From an uncultured delta proteobacterium (GTDB taxonomy: Bacteria; Myxococcota_A; Polyangia; Polyangiales; JAFGIB01), in contig CAVZVA010000002.1 of assembly GCA_963778655.1 (NCBI GenBank), forward strand, positions 64,001 through 128,000: a stretch of 64,000 nt of DNA, given 5' to 3'. This document shows positions 39,363 to 49,776 of the stretch, piece after piece. The notes below the pieces were generated by a model. That model worked only from the letters and a program-made list of their open reading frames with translations. It was not told the DNA's origin and did no database searches. How positions within the stretch are numbered: the first letter of the stretch is position 1; each line of letters starts with the position of its first letter. The position numbers and the translations under genes are program-made.

Positions 39363-40750
39363 CCCCCGAACTCCATTTCGCCATCGACGAGCAGCTCCAC
39401 CGGCGCATGAGCAGCCTCCTGCTGCGCAACAGCCCCGAGGAGGAGGTCTGCTTCGCGCTGGTTGCGCCCAGCACCGGCCTGACGCGGCGGACACTGATCG
39501 TGCGCGACATCATCGAGCCCCTGCCGGGCGAGCGCGAGGTCCGCGGCATCGTCTCCTTCTCGGCCCCCTTCATCAACCGCGCCATCGACGCCGCCATCGA
39601 CGCCGGCATGGGCCTCGCGCTCGTCCACAGCCACCCCTTCGGGTCGGGCTTCCAGTCTCCCAGCTTCGAGGACCGGCGTGCCGAGGCGCGCACGGCCGCC
39701 ACGGCAGCCTTCGCCCTGAACGGTCGGCCCACGGCGGGCATGATCCTCGCGGGGGACGGGACGCTTTCCGGCCGCGAGTACACCTTCGACAGCCCCCGGT
39801 CGCAGCCCAACATCCGCAGCAACGACGCCACGCGCGTGGTCGGACCGCACCTCGTGCTCCAGCGGCCCCAGCTCACGGCCGGTGACCTGGGCGCCGTCCA
39901 CGCCAGCCACGTCGGGCTCTTCGGCCAGCTGGGCCAGAGCATCCTTGGCGACTTGCGAGTCGCGGTGGTGGGGGTTGGTAGTGTCGGTCAGTGGGTCGCG
40001 CTCCAACTGTCGCGCCTCGGCGTCGGCACGGTGGGAGGCATCGACTACGACATCGTCGAGCGCAAGAACCTCAACCGCTTGATCGCTTTCCCCGACGACA
40101 TCGGCCAGTACAAGGTGCTGGTCACCAGCCGCGAGGCGTCCAGGAGTGCCACGGCCTCCACCTTCAAGTTCGAGCCGCACATCGCGAGCATCGTGGAGGA
40201 GGACGGGGTCGCCGCTCTCAGCGACTACGACTTGGTGTTCTCCTGCGCGGACTCGCACTGGAGCCGGCAGGTCCTCAACGCGGCCTGCTACGCCCGCCTC
40301 ATCCCGGTGATCGACGGCGGCACGGCGATCAAGTCGAGCGCGGAGACCTTCCAGACCGCGTCGTTCCGCGTGCAGGTGGCGGGCCCTGGCCGGGCGTGCC
40401 TCGCCTGCGGAGGCGCCTTCGACCCGGCGGAGGTCGGTAAGGAGATGGCCGGCCTCGCCGCCCCGCACTATGCGGCCGACGACCCGGCTGCCGTGGGCGA
40501 GCCGAGCGTGATCGCGCTCAACAACGGCCTCGCGAGCTTCGAGGTGATGCGGTTCATGGAGGTGGCGCTCCAGATCGCGGGAAACCGCGACCTGGGCATC
40601 CAGCGGTTCGACTACCGCGTTGGCGACGTTGGCGTACATCTACCGACCTGCCGCCCAGGCTGCCCCTGGGCCGGCGCGACAGGATACGGCGACTACGCCA
40701 CGCTCCCCTTGGGCACCGACCCGCGCTTCACGAAGCGGGTCGCCGCGTAG
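39359..40750 (+). CDS. JAB/JAMM peptidase fused to an E1 (ThiF) adenylyltransferase
   Basis: EEEVCF..VHSHP..SFED (JAMM); VVGVGSVG, DYDIVERKNLNR, CAD, CLAC and CRPGCP Zn ligands. Confidence 0.9.
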   Translation: MTPELHFAIDEQLHRRMSSLLLRNSPEEEVCFALVAPSTGLTRRTLIVRDIIEPLPGEREVRGIVSFSAPFINRAIDAAIDAGMGLALVHSHPFGSGFQSPSFEDRRAEARTAATAAFALNGRPTAGMILAGDGTLSGREYTFDSPRSQPNIRSNDATRVVGPHLVLQRPQLTAGDLGAVHASHVGLFGQLGQSILGDLRVAVVGVGSVGQWVALQLSRLGVGTVGGIDYDIVERKNLNRLIAFPDDIGQYKVLVTSREASRSATASTFKFEPHIASIVEEDGVAALSDYDLVFSCADSHWSRQVLNAACYARLIPVIDGGTAIKSSAETFQTASFRVQVAGPGRACLACGGAFDPAEVGKEMAGLAAPHYAADDPAAVGEPSVIALNNGLASFEVMRFMEVALQIAGNRDLGIQRFDYRVGDVGVHLPTCRPGCPWAGATGYGDYATLPLGTDPRFTKRVAA

Positions 40751-40892
40751 CGGGCGAGCGAGCCGGGCAGTCGACTGCCCCCCCCGCCAGGAAGCGACAG
40801 AAAACCGCTCAGAAGCCGTTTTCCGGCAAGTCGGGGATGTTCATGCCCGGCGGAGCACCTGGCCCAGGAGGCAGGCTCCACGCGCTCTCGCG

Positions 40893-42689
40893 CTACACGC
40901 CGGAGGATTCGTCGGAATCGTCGTTGTACCCTCCCTCCTCGGTGTTCTCGGTGCCCATCTGGGCGAGCACCGGCCGGAAGCAGAGGTGGAGCGTCAGCCA
41001 CCAGAGGTACAACGCCTGGGCCGAGAAGAAGTGGCTGTGCGGCAGCAGTCCGTGGGCCACGACGTTGCGGAGGTTCGAGCCCGCCCTCTCGGTCAGTAGC
41101 CCCTTGAGGTCGAACACCGTGTCCTCGCCCAGGATGTCGACCAGCTCGGGCTTGTCCAGGAGGCTTCCCAGCGTGTGCTCGTCCTGCGGCCGGTCGTCGC
41201 CGACCGCCGTCGTGATGACCCCTCGCGCGTTGAGCAGCACACGGACCAGGTTCTCGACCTGCGGGATGGCGATGTGCGTAGCCTGGACGAGGTCGCCCGT
41301 CAGGCCAGCATGTAGGGCGCGAGCAAACAGGCGCTCGCGTCCCGGCGGCACCACCGGGTTGTTGGTCACGAGCGGCATGAAGCTGCTCTCACTAACGGCA
41401 TGGTCGCGGAAGATCTTCTGGCGCGCCGGCTCGATGACCCCGGCCGCGTAGATTCCGCGCATCTGATCGCACTGCTGGTGCATCGACGCCAGCAGAGCTG
41501 GCTCGCTCTCCTCGGACATGTGGAGGTCACCGCCACGCGCGGCGAACACCACCCGCCCCTTCTCGTTGACCCTGTGATGGCCGAACAGATGCGAGAGCGG
41601 GTTCTCCTTGGCGAGCTTCTCCGCCCGCTGCCGCGTCTCCTCCACTGATGGCGACGACACCATGAGCGCAAGCCGCAACAACGCCTCGGGCAACGCGCAC
41701 CCATCGAGCTTCTCCATGGTTTCGAGCGCCGCGTCCGTAAGGTCCAGCTTCGGCCCCTCCAAGTGCTTCATCGTCGCCGGAATGCGGGCCTGAACATCCA
41801 GGAGCTTCTGGTGCAGCTCGGTCACCCTGTCCTTGGTCTTCCCGACGCGACGGTAAGCCTCGATCGCCTTCTCGAAGAAGTGGGCCTTCATGAAGAGCGC
41901 AGTGTCTGCATCGGACGCCCGCTCAGCCTCCGCGACGTAGGTCTCGGCTTCGGCAATGCGACACCTGCGCTCAGCCTCCGCACTGCCATTCTTGCGGTGC
42001 CATTGAGCCGCCAACCCGTAGAACTCGCGCTCCTGGAGGATGTTGCCAGCGCTGGCAGCAGCCAAAGCGTAGTCCTCGGCGCGCTTGGCGTACTGCTCGG
42101 CGTGGTCGTCGAGCCTCAGCAGCAGCTCCAGAGCGGACGCTGCCAGCCGTGACGGCTGATCCGCGTCGAGCTTGCGCTTCAGGTACACGACGAGTCGCTC
42201 TCGACGGTCGCGGTCCTGGAGGACGGCCGCGAACGCTAGCGCCCGTTCGACTCGCACCAACCACGCCGACCACTGGTCCTCCAGCAGCTCGACCGCTGCC
42301 AGGTACGAGTCGATAGCTGTCCGAGCGTGCGCGGGATCACGGCGACGGCTCCACAGCACATCGCAAATGCGGGCCGCGAGGTCCGGGTCTCGAACCGACG
42401 GAAGCAGTTCGGCCAGCGCGTCCAAGTCCTCGTCAGATAGGTCCTCGGGGATTGGTGTGCGACCCTCTGGCGTTGTCCACCGGGGGCGCAGTGGGTCCAG
42501 GCGAGCCCCCTCCACGAGGGCCATTCCCGTGATGTCGGCCAGCAGCCGGAGCGTGGCCGACGCATCCCCTTCAACCTTTTCGGCGGCCTTCACGAAAACG
42601 GTGCTGTACGACTCGCAGTCCGGTCTCTCCGCCGCCGCGACGACCTCCTCCCACAACGGTGCGTTCTCCTCCCCCACGCGCTCCTCCAT
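40893..42689 (-). CDS. DUF4209-like protein with a C-terminal HEPN motif
   Basis: DPDLAARICDVLW, IPQVENLVR, GSNLRNVVAHGLL (Rx4H). Confidence 0.8.
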   Translation of the reverse strand: MEERVGEENAPLWEEVVAAAERPDCESYSTVFVKAAEKVEGDASATLRLLADITGMALVEGARLDPLRPRWTTPEGRTPIPEDLSDEDLDALAELLPSVRDPDLAARICDVLWSRRRDPAHARTAIDSYLAAVELLEDQWSAWLVRVERALAFAAVLQDRDRRERLVVYLKRKLDADQPSRLAASALELLLRLDDHAEQYAKRAEDYALAAASAGNILQEREFYGLAAQWHRKNGSAEAERRCRIAEAETYVAEAERASDADTALFMKAHFFEKAIEAYRRVGKTKDRVTELHQKLLDVQARIPATMKHLEGPKLDLTDAALETMEKLDGCALPEALLRLALMVSSPSVEETRQRAEKLAKENPLSHLFGHHRVNEKGRVVFAARGGDLHMSEESEPALLASMHQQCDQMRGIYAAGVIEPARQKIFRDHAVSESSFMPLVTNNPVVPPGRERLFARALHAGLTGDLVQATHIAIPQVENLVRVLLNARGVITTAVGDDRPQDEHTLGSLLDKPELVDILGEDTVFDLKGLLTERAGSNLRNVVAHGLLPHSHFFSAQALYLWWLTLHLCFRPVLAQMGTENTEEGGYNDDSDESSGV

Positions 42690-42718
42690 CAGCTCAGGTC
42701 CGTGGCCGGTGGCCGCGT

Positions 42719-42850
42719 CACAACACCATCACCCGCCCCAGATTCTCCCTGCGGGCCTCGTAGTCCGGGCTCGCCCGGCGACCGTCGTCCGGAACGCTCG
42801 CGTGTGGTCGGGGTACTTCAGGTGCGCCAGTTCGTGGGCGATGACGTAGG
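42719..42850 (-). pseudogene. Degenerate 3' end of a YgjP/M48 metalloprotease gene
   Basis: YVIAHELAHLKYPDHTRAF..PDYEARRE; nucleotide similarity to 46839-46980. Confidence 0.75.
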
Positions 42851-43635
42851 CCGAGGAGAAGCTCGGCGTCGAGCTGGTGTGGCAGGACGGAGTCCTGTGA
42901 GTACAAGATGTCGCGGATGGTCTTCGCGCGTGCGTCCATCTATTTCGCCCCAAGCGCCAGCTCCAGGATGGCCTTCTGAATGCCCCCCTCAAGCTCACGT
43001 AGGTCATGGTGCCGTGGATGGCGCTCTAGCCCGTCCTTGACGATCTGCTGGGCCTCGACAAGCAGCGGCCGGCGCCCCTCGCCCTGGTACCAGTGCCTCG
43101 CGTACCCAAGGCGCTGGCTGCCGAGGATGTGAAACGGGTAGGGGCTTCGCTTCCCTCGTCGCGATACCTGCTCCAACAAGATTTCTTCAGCCCGCGCTCG
43201 CAGCTCCGCTGCTTCCTGGATCGTCTTTGCCTCGCGCGCACGTCTGTAGGAGATGTGGCCCTTCGCGGTCTGGATGAAGTCATCGTCAGGCGAGAGGGAC
43301 TCTGCTTGGCCCACGTAGTTCGCCGCATGGTCGAGGTCGCCTTCCTTGTGCTCAAGCTCAAGGGAACCGAACTGAAGCCAGAAGTGGGCATCGTTCTTGA
43401 ACCAATCCTCCAGGGCTTCGTAGATCGACCTTGCGTCGTCGATGTGTCCATGGAAGCGGGTCGAGATTGCCTGATGATTGACGAGCCTTCTGTAGCATCG
43501 CGCAGCGGGAGACCGGCGGCGGGCATCCTTGCCCATGTCGTGCCCGAGGGCTCGCAGCACCCTGACGTAGGCTGCTCGAAGCAGATGACGAGGCGCGGCT
43601 TCGTTGAGCCTCCCCCGATTTCGTAGACAGCTTTG

Positions 43636-44514
43636 TTATGCCACAGCTCCGCTGTGACAGGTCATGTCTTCTTTCTCCGCAGGTGTCATGTAGTCGATTG
43701 AAGAATGAAGACGGGATCGGTTGTAGAAGCCCTCGATATACGGGAACAGCAGGGAGCGGACTTCGTCGATGCTCCCCGGAACCCGGTCTCCAAAGAGCTC
43801 GGCTTTGATGGTGCCAATGGTCGACTCCGCCACGGCGTTGTCCCAGCAGTTGCCTTTCCGACTCATGCTGACCTGCATGCCGAGCTTGCGAAGGCACGCG
43901 CGGTAGTCCGCGGCCGTGTACGTCGAGCCGCGGTCGGTGTGGTGAAGCAGACCTGGGCTAGGACGCTGGCGAGCCACGGCGGCCCGCAGAGCCCGCAGCG
44001 CCAGGGCCGTGTCGCAACGGTCGCTGACGGCCCAGCCGACGATGGCTCGCGTGCACAGGTCCACCAGGATCGCCAGGTAGCTCCATCCCTGGGCGGTCCA
44101 CACGTAGGTGATATCGCCGACCCATGCTCGATTGGGGCTGTCCCAGCGGAAGCGGCGATCGAGCAGGTTGGGCGCCGGGACGTGCGAGCTGTCGGCCTGG
44201 GTCGTGCGCCGGAAGCGCTTGGGACACCGGGCACGCAAGCCCAGCGCCCTCATTCGCGCTTCGATGCGTTTTCGGCTGACGCGTCTTCCTTGCCGCCGCA
44301 GGTGTCGGTGAATGCGCGGGCTCCCGTAGCGCCGCTTGCTTTGCAGATGGGTCGCGGTGATCTCGACGTCGAGCTGTGCGGTCTCCTGGGCCCGTGCGCT
44401 CACAGGGCGCGACCGTTGCGCATACACCGTGCTGCGTGGCAACTGCAGCGCACGACAGACCGCGGCGACCGACGTCTTGGACTCGTCGGCTAAACGGTAC
44501 ACGTCTGCGGTCAC
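43636..44514 (-). CDS. IS3 OrfB transposase
   Basis: [31 protein letters not shown]. Confidence 0.92.
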   Translation of the reverse strand: MTADVYRLADESKTSVAAVCRALQLPRSTVYAQRSRPVSARAQETAQLDVEITATHLQSKRRYGSPRIHRHLRRQGRRVSRKRIEARMRALGLRARCPKRFRRTTQADSSHVPAPNLLDRRFRWDSPNRAWVGDITYVWTAQGWSYLAILVDLCTRAIVGWAVSDRCDTALALRALRAAVARQRPSPGLLHHTDRGSTYTAADYRACLRKLGMQVSMSRKGNCWDNAVAESTIGTIKAELFGDRVPGSIDEVRSLLFPYIEGFYNRSRLHSSIDYMTPAEKEDMTCHSGAVA

Positions 44515-44834
44515 GACGTGCCCTCCTTGGCGAAAAAAGCGGTGGCCCGTTTCAGAATCTCGCGTTCCTGTCGCAGCACTCGGTTTTCACGCCGAAGCGC
44601 CGCCAGCTCCTCTCGCTCCGCCGTCGTCAGCGGACCCGAGCCGCCGCCGCCGGCATCCACGGTCGCTTGACGAACCCAGTTGGTCACCGCGCTTGCCGTC
44701 AGGCCAAGCTCTCGGGCAACCGCGAACGGCGTGCTGCCCGGCTGCTGGCACAGCCGAACCACCTCCGCCTTGTACTCGCTGGTGAACTTCCGGCGTTTTC
44801 CTTGTCGCTTCTTTGACATGATTTCTGGACGCAT
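44511..44834 (-). CDS. IS3 OrfA
   Basis: [30 protein letters not shown]. Confidence 0.9.
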   Translation of the reverse strand: MRPEIMSKKRQGKRRKFTSEYKAEVVRLCQQPGSTPFAVARELGLTASAVTNWVRQATVDAGGGGSGPLTTAEREELAALRRENRVLRQEREILKRATAFFAKEGTS

Positions 44835-46838
44835 AGTGCCTCATTGAACTTGTCCAAGAAATCGGGGGAATTCCACGTCCACCATGAACTCCGCGATGAC
44901 GCGGTGGCGAAGGCGGTACTGACCGGACGCATCCGGTATCACAATGTTCTTCAGAGCGCGTCCCACGATTTCCATCGCACGGTTCGGCTCGACCTCAGCG
45001 CACGCTATGAGCTGGCCCTCGGTGATACCGAATCCAGATGCCGTCGTCAGCCCCGCACAAAGATACAGAGACTGTGCCTCGTCGTCTTCGAGCTGGGCAA
45101 ACTCGTTCTTGATGATCTCATTGAAGCCCCCACCGAGTGTGGCTTCCCGCATCGCGACCAGGATCTGTCGGTCAGCTTGGTCGGCGAACCGCTGGTGTCG
45201 CTGTGCCGGCGCGAGGCCACGCAGCTCCCCCAGCGCATTGTTCTTCTCCAGCACCCCGAGCAGGTTCTCGATGTCGGGCTCCGTCAGGTTCGGAATGGAG
45301 ATCTCGGATGCCGTGCTTTCCGATTCCAGCGGCCCGGCGTATCGGTCGTAGCGGTTGGTCCGTGCCGATAGGACCACGACTGGCGGGATATCGCACGTCG
45401 CGAGCTTGCGCAGAAGCGGCGAAAGCTCGCCGAGCAGATTGTCCGCATCATCAACCCACAGCACGACACGCTGGCCGAGGGAATCGATGACGTTGGCAAT
45501 CACATGGTCCTTTGGAAGCCACTCGCCGGACGTGTAGTAGCAGGGAACGCCGGCACTCTGGACGCTCAGCGCTGTCCGCATGAGGAGGGTGCTCTTCCCA
45601 GAGCCGGCCGATCCAGTGATCGGTACGAGATCGAGGGTCTCGTTCTCGTGGACCAGCGTCAAGACCAGGTCCTTGGCGGTAGCATTGATCTCGCGGACCG
45701 CGTCCAGGTCGTGCACGAAGTCCTGCCACCGAGGCGCGGCCCCCAGCAAGAACATCTTGCGGCGGTGGCTTTGATCTGGACGAGCCCCGTCCTCCACGAG
45801 CCTGAACGCCCGATAGAACTCCTCGAAGTCCCTCCGCCTGGGCCCCGAGGCTCCCTGGACGACTGGAGAGAAGAGCTGCTTCGACAACAAGGGGTCGACT
45901 GCTTCGAGCACTGCTCTGCGCTCGTGGGGGGGCGAGGCCACGGTGGCCAACCATTCGAAGAAGTCCTTTCCTGTCGCCTCGACAGGAACGATGCCCATGT
46001 CGCGTAGAGCGTCCACCTTTGCAGGGGAGATCTTCGGGCAGACGAGGAAGGACCCAGGTCGGTTCTGCTTGGTATCTTGACCCTTCTTCTCACGCGCAGC
46101 GACGTACTGCCAGAAGATGGGCTCGTTCAGCTCCGTTCCCACGAGAACTGAGGGATGAGTGGCGTAGTCGCGTACGAAATGGTCGTACCAAACGTCGTGG
46201 TCGGTGGTCCTACGCGCAAACTGCCGAGTAGAGAAGGTCACGTCCTTCGCGGTTCCTCGGACAAGGCAGCCGTTCAGTTTCACGTACTGCACAGATGCAA
46301 GCAGTTGATTCCGTTCCGAGTAGTCATCTGCGCCACCAACGGCAACATCGAGCTTGCGTGACTGCCTCGCGTAGACGGTCTCAACGATGTCGTCGACGTT
46401 GGTGCCGTAGATGCGATACCAGAAGTAGTGTGCCAGGGCGTTGTACCAGTCGGGGACGCTCGAACTCAGCAAGCGTTCCTTTAGAAAGGCATCCAGCGCA
46501 ACATGCCCCTTCTTGTGCTTCAGAGCGGCCTCGAACAAGGTCTGGAGGTCAGTGTTGTCGAAGGGGCCGCTGTACTCAAGGTAGTCCCACAGCTCTTCGC
46601 AGAGCCTGCGACCGTGCGGAAACGACTCGCCGTTGCGGGCGACCGCGTCTAGTGATGCCCCCGCTCCCAAGAAAAGCACTACGCGGTTGGCCTGCAATGC
46701 TTGCACTAGCCGCTTGGCGTCATCCTTGTCGAGCATCCCCACCTCCATGGCGCTCGAAGACTCTCTGGACTCCCCCGCGCACCTGTCCCAGCCCCGTTCC
46801 CGATCGGTCCAATACCGTTCCGCAACACCGCACAGAAG

Positions 46839-47564
46839 CTACCACGTCATCATCCTCCCCAACCGCCTCAGCGCCTCCCTGCGGGCCTCATAGTCCGGGA
46901 TCGCTCGGCCGACCGTCGCCCAGAAGTCCCGCGTGTGGTCGGCGTGCTCTAGGTGGGCCAGCTCGTGGACGATGACGTAGTCGACGAGCCCGGCCGGGGC
47001 CTGGACGACGCGCCAGTTCGGGCGGACGTTGCCCTTCGCGTCGGCCGAGCCCCATCGCTTGCGCTGATCGCTGATCAGCACGGCCTCGGGCTCCAGGCCC
47101 ATCTTGGATGCCCAGCCGCCGACCCGTTCGGGCAGGCGCTCCGCGGCGTGCGCTCGGTACCAGGCGACCAGCCGATCACGAACCGCCTGTGGCCCGGCAC
47201 CGCCTCCGGCCGGCACGACGAGCCTCCCACCAACTAGCCGCACACGGCCCTCGCCGTTCACGCGCCGGTCGAGCTTCAGGCGGTGCTGGCGCCCGAGGTA
47301 CAGGAAGGTCTCGCCGCTGACGAACTCCCGGGCCATCGGCGCCGGGGGCAGGTCTTCGTGCCGACGGCGGCGGTCGATGATCCACTTGGCCTTGCGCTGG
47401 ACGATGTCGTCGAGCTTCTCGACGGGCGTGTCCTTGAGGGCGCGGACGCGCACGCCTTCTACCGGGTCGACGGCGATGGCCGCGGTCTTCTGGCGGCGGC
47501 CGCGCTCGATGGCGTAGTCGATGGCGGTCTTGCCGAAGTGGACCTGGGATTGCTCCTGGCGCAC
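46839..47564 (-). CDS. YgjP/DUF45 (M48) metal-dependent hydrolase
   Basis: KAKWI, FVSGETFLYLGR, RWGS, DYVIVHELAH; GTG start inferred. Confidence 0.85.
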   Translation of the reverse strand: MRQEQSQVHFGKTAIDYAIERGRRQKTAAIAVDPVEGVRVRALKDTPVEKLDDIVQRKAKWIIDRRRRHEDLPPAPMAREFVSGETFLYLGRQHRLKLDRRVNGEGRVRLVGGRLVVPAGGGAGPQAVRDRLVAWYRAHAAERLPERVGGWASKMGLEPEAVLISDQRKRWGSADAKGNVRPNWRVVQAPAGLVDYVIVHELAHLEHADHTRDFWATVGRAIPDYEARREALRRLGRMMTW

Positions 47565-47701
47565 CGGCCTACCTGCCCTTCCTGACCTTGAGCAGGTCGA
47601 TGAGCGCGCCCGCGAGGCGACCGTGGCGAGCGGCATGCACGGGCGCGCGTCCGACGGGGTCCAATCTCGGCGCGGCGGACCCGAGGTACATGCACGGTTG
47701 C

Positions 47702-48571
47702 TCATTCCGGCTGGCCGGCTGACCTCTCCACTGCGTCCTTGGCCCGTGAGTCCGCCTCCAACGCCGACGGACCTTCCCGTCGGCGCGCCAAAGCCCGCTC
47801 TATGCGGTGTTCCCAAGCCAACAATTGCAGGGCACTCGCCACCGTGAGCACCACGACCAAGAGCAGGCCCGTCGCAATCCAATACACCCGCCCCGCCGTG
47901 TGCCGGAACGCGCCCGCTCCCTTCTGGCGTCGCCGCAGTGACCGATAAACGACGATGACCGCCGACGCCGGCACAAGAAGCATGATGAGGTATGCGGGGT
48001 CGGTGAGCCAACGTCGCGCTACCGCCAACATTCGCGTCAACTCCGAATGAACGCAGCCGATCACTCCACCGACATCGGCCAATCGACCCGCGTTGGCGAA
48101 ACAGCGTACGATCGGTACCTGGATGGGACACGGGTAGATCGTCCAGTCTCCGTGTATACCAGGGTCGAAGCAATCCACATCGCTTGCCGTCCTTGGAGAA
48201 TTTATCATCACCGCACGGGCAGTCTCTTCACGCGTTGCGAACTTGTAGCCGTGGGCAAGATGCTCGTTCACGGCGGCGTCAGGGACGACGCGAACATCTA
48301 CGCCGTCCGGCGCGACCATGTCGTATTTGACCCCCCGGACGAGATTGACCGAACCCGCCTTATACTTCGAGAGCAGTTCCGCGGGCGAGAGCCACACCCG
48401 GCCTCCGACCCTCGGGTCCCAAGCAGGTACGATATCCGCGCCCTCTACACGGTCACCCATTCCGCACGAGGCAAACAGCGCCAGAAGGACCAGCGCCACG
48501 GTGGTCCAAACGATGACGGTGAAGCGCGCTGTCGTGTCGCTGTTCCACTCAGGCTCACGATGTGGCCACAT
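47702..48571 (-). CDS. Hypothetical membrane protein
   Basis: About three hydrophobic segments; start uncertain. Confidence 0.5.
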   Translation of the reverse strand: MWPHREPEWNSDTTARFTVIVWTTVALVLLALFASCGMGDRVEGADIVPAWDPRVGGRVWLSPAELLSKYKAGSVNLVRGVKYDMVAPDGVDVRVVPDAAVNEHLAHGYKFATREETARAVMINSPRTASDVDCFDPGIHGDWTIYPCPIQVPIVRCFANAGRLADVGGVIGCVHSELTRMLAVARRWLTDPAYLIMLLVPASAVIVVYRSLRRRQKGAGAFRHTAGRVYWIATGLLLVVVLTVASALQLLAWEHRIERALARRREGPSALEADSRAKDAVERSAGQPE

Positions 48572-49776
48572 GCGCAGCCCCCGCTCCCAGGGAGCACAAT
48601 TGGGTGAGAGTGCTGATCCGCCGGCACGTGGGGCACGGGCGGCCACGACCGCGAGATCAGCGCGGCTCAAGTGCTTCCTTATGGCTTCTTACCATTCGGA
48701 CGGGGCTCGACTCCAGCGACCATGTCTGCGTTGCGCGGCGGGCGGCGTCGGCGCACGATCGCGCCGCGCGCGCCCTGGCTGCCTGGGTACCGACGGTGTG
48801 CCCTGGTCGCCGTTTGCCGCGTGGCGAGCGGCCCTGAAGACGGCGGCCGCTGCAAGCGCCGCTCCGATTGCATGCACGGATGTGGACGGACCTCCGCCTG
48901 CGGCTCCGGTGCTCAAGCCCCAGCCCTTGCTACGCCGCAAGCGCCGCCCTCGCGGCTGACCTCCGAGCGCCTTCGGCGCTCTCCCGGGTCTCGACGTCAC
49001 GCGCCGACTGTGGCATCACCGCGATCGGTCCTCGGACGTCTTCCACCTGGCACCATGATCCTGGCGATCGGTGGCCCCATGCGAGTGGCAGAGCGCTGGC
49101 GGGCCTATGCCCTCGGGGCTCCTCCGCCCACGCGGAGATGAACCCACTCCGCGCGGATCGGCCTGCACTGCGTGCGGATTCCGCTCTGACCCGGACAGCG
49201 TTCCGGAGCACCCGGACAGGGCTGAGCGTTCGGGCTTGACGGCCGGGCCGAGGGCGGCGAGCACCCCGCCAGCACCGGCGGCGGCCCCCGCAGGGCCCGT
49301 GGAGCGGCGGCGACAGCGATGGTCGTGACGAGCGACACGCGGCTAGACAACGCGTTCCTCGACGGTCGTGGCCGGCGTATCCTCTCGCGGTGCCGCGCGA
49401 GCACGCGTTTCCGTTCTCCGCACGAACTCGCCACGCGGACTCGGCGACGAACTCGACCGACGCGGTCTTCGGAATGCAGCCGCCGTCGTCTCGGTGCCCG
49501 AGGTTCTGCCCTCCCAGGTTTGTGGCTCGGCGGGCTGATGATGGGAGCAACCCTCAGGACGCACCGCGTTTGGCTTGCGCTGCGATTCGCCCGAACATAC
49601 GAGAAGGATTGGGGCAATCGCCGATGTGGTCCCATCGTTTCAAGTCCCAGGCGGTTGCGCCGGCCGGCAACAAATTGGACCCTCGGTCTCGAGAATTCGG
49701 CCTGGTTCTTCGGTGACGTCTGCAGCGAAGTGGAACACAAGCGGGACATTGGCGCGAGAATCGGCTCCCTGTAGGC

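Larger units (their letters stand above)
43605..44875 (-). mobile_element. IS3-family insertion sequence, 1271 bp, with 3-bp target duplication CGT
   Basis: IRs TGAGCCTCCCCCGATTTCGTAGACA and TGGAATTCCCCCGATTTCTTGGACA; CGT at 43602-43604 and 44876-44878. Confidence 0.92.
42940..46748 (-). pseudogene. SIR2-like + STAND NTPase + TPR-like defence gene (Avs5-like) split by IS3
   Basis: VLFLGAGAS, TNVDD, KLNG; Walker A GSAGSGKS; WVDDAD; RHRVIAE; HFWLQFGSLE; removing the IS restores one frame of about 844 aa. Confidence 0.85.

Noticed and set aside
36805..40750. CBASS type II or ThiS/MoaD sulfur-transfer operon
   Set aside because: No CD-NTase or Cap effector, and no thiamine, molybdopterin or cysteine synthesis genes; an E2-like gene is present
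47565..48173. Extended 444-aa version of the YgjP ORF
   Set aside because: The extension overlaps another ORF and lacks family features; a short LIDLLKVRKGR* stub just upstream might be an HsdR tail but is too short to call
48670..49770. Possible genes or ncRNA in the 1.1-kb gap
   Set aside because: Only Arg/Pro-rich ORFs without motifs and no convincing structure
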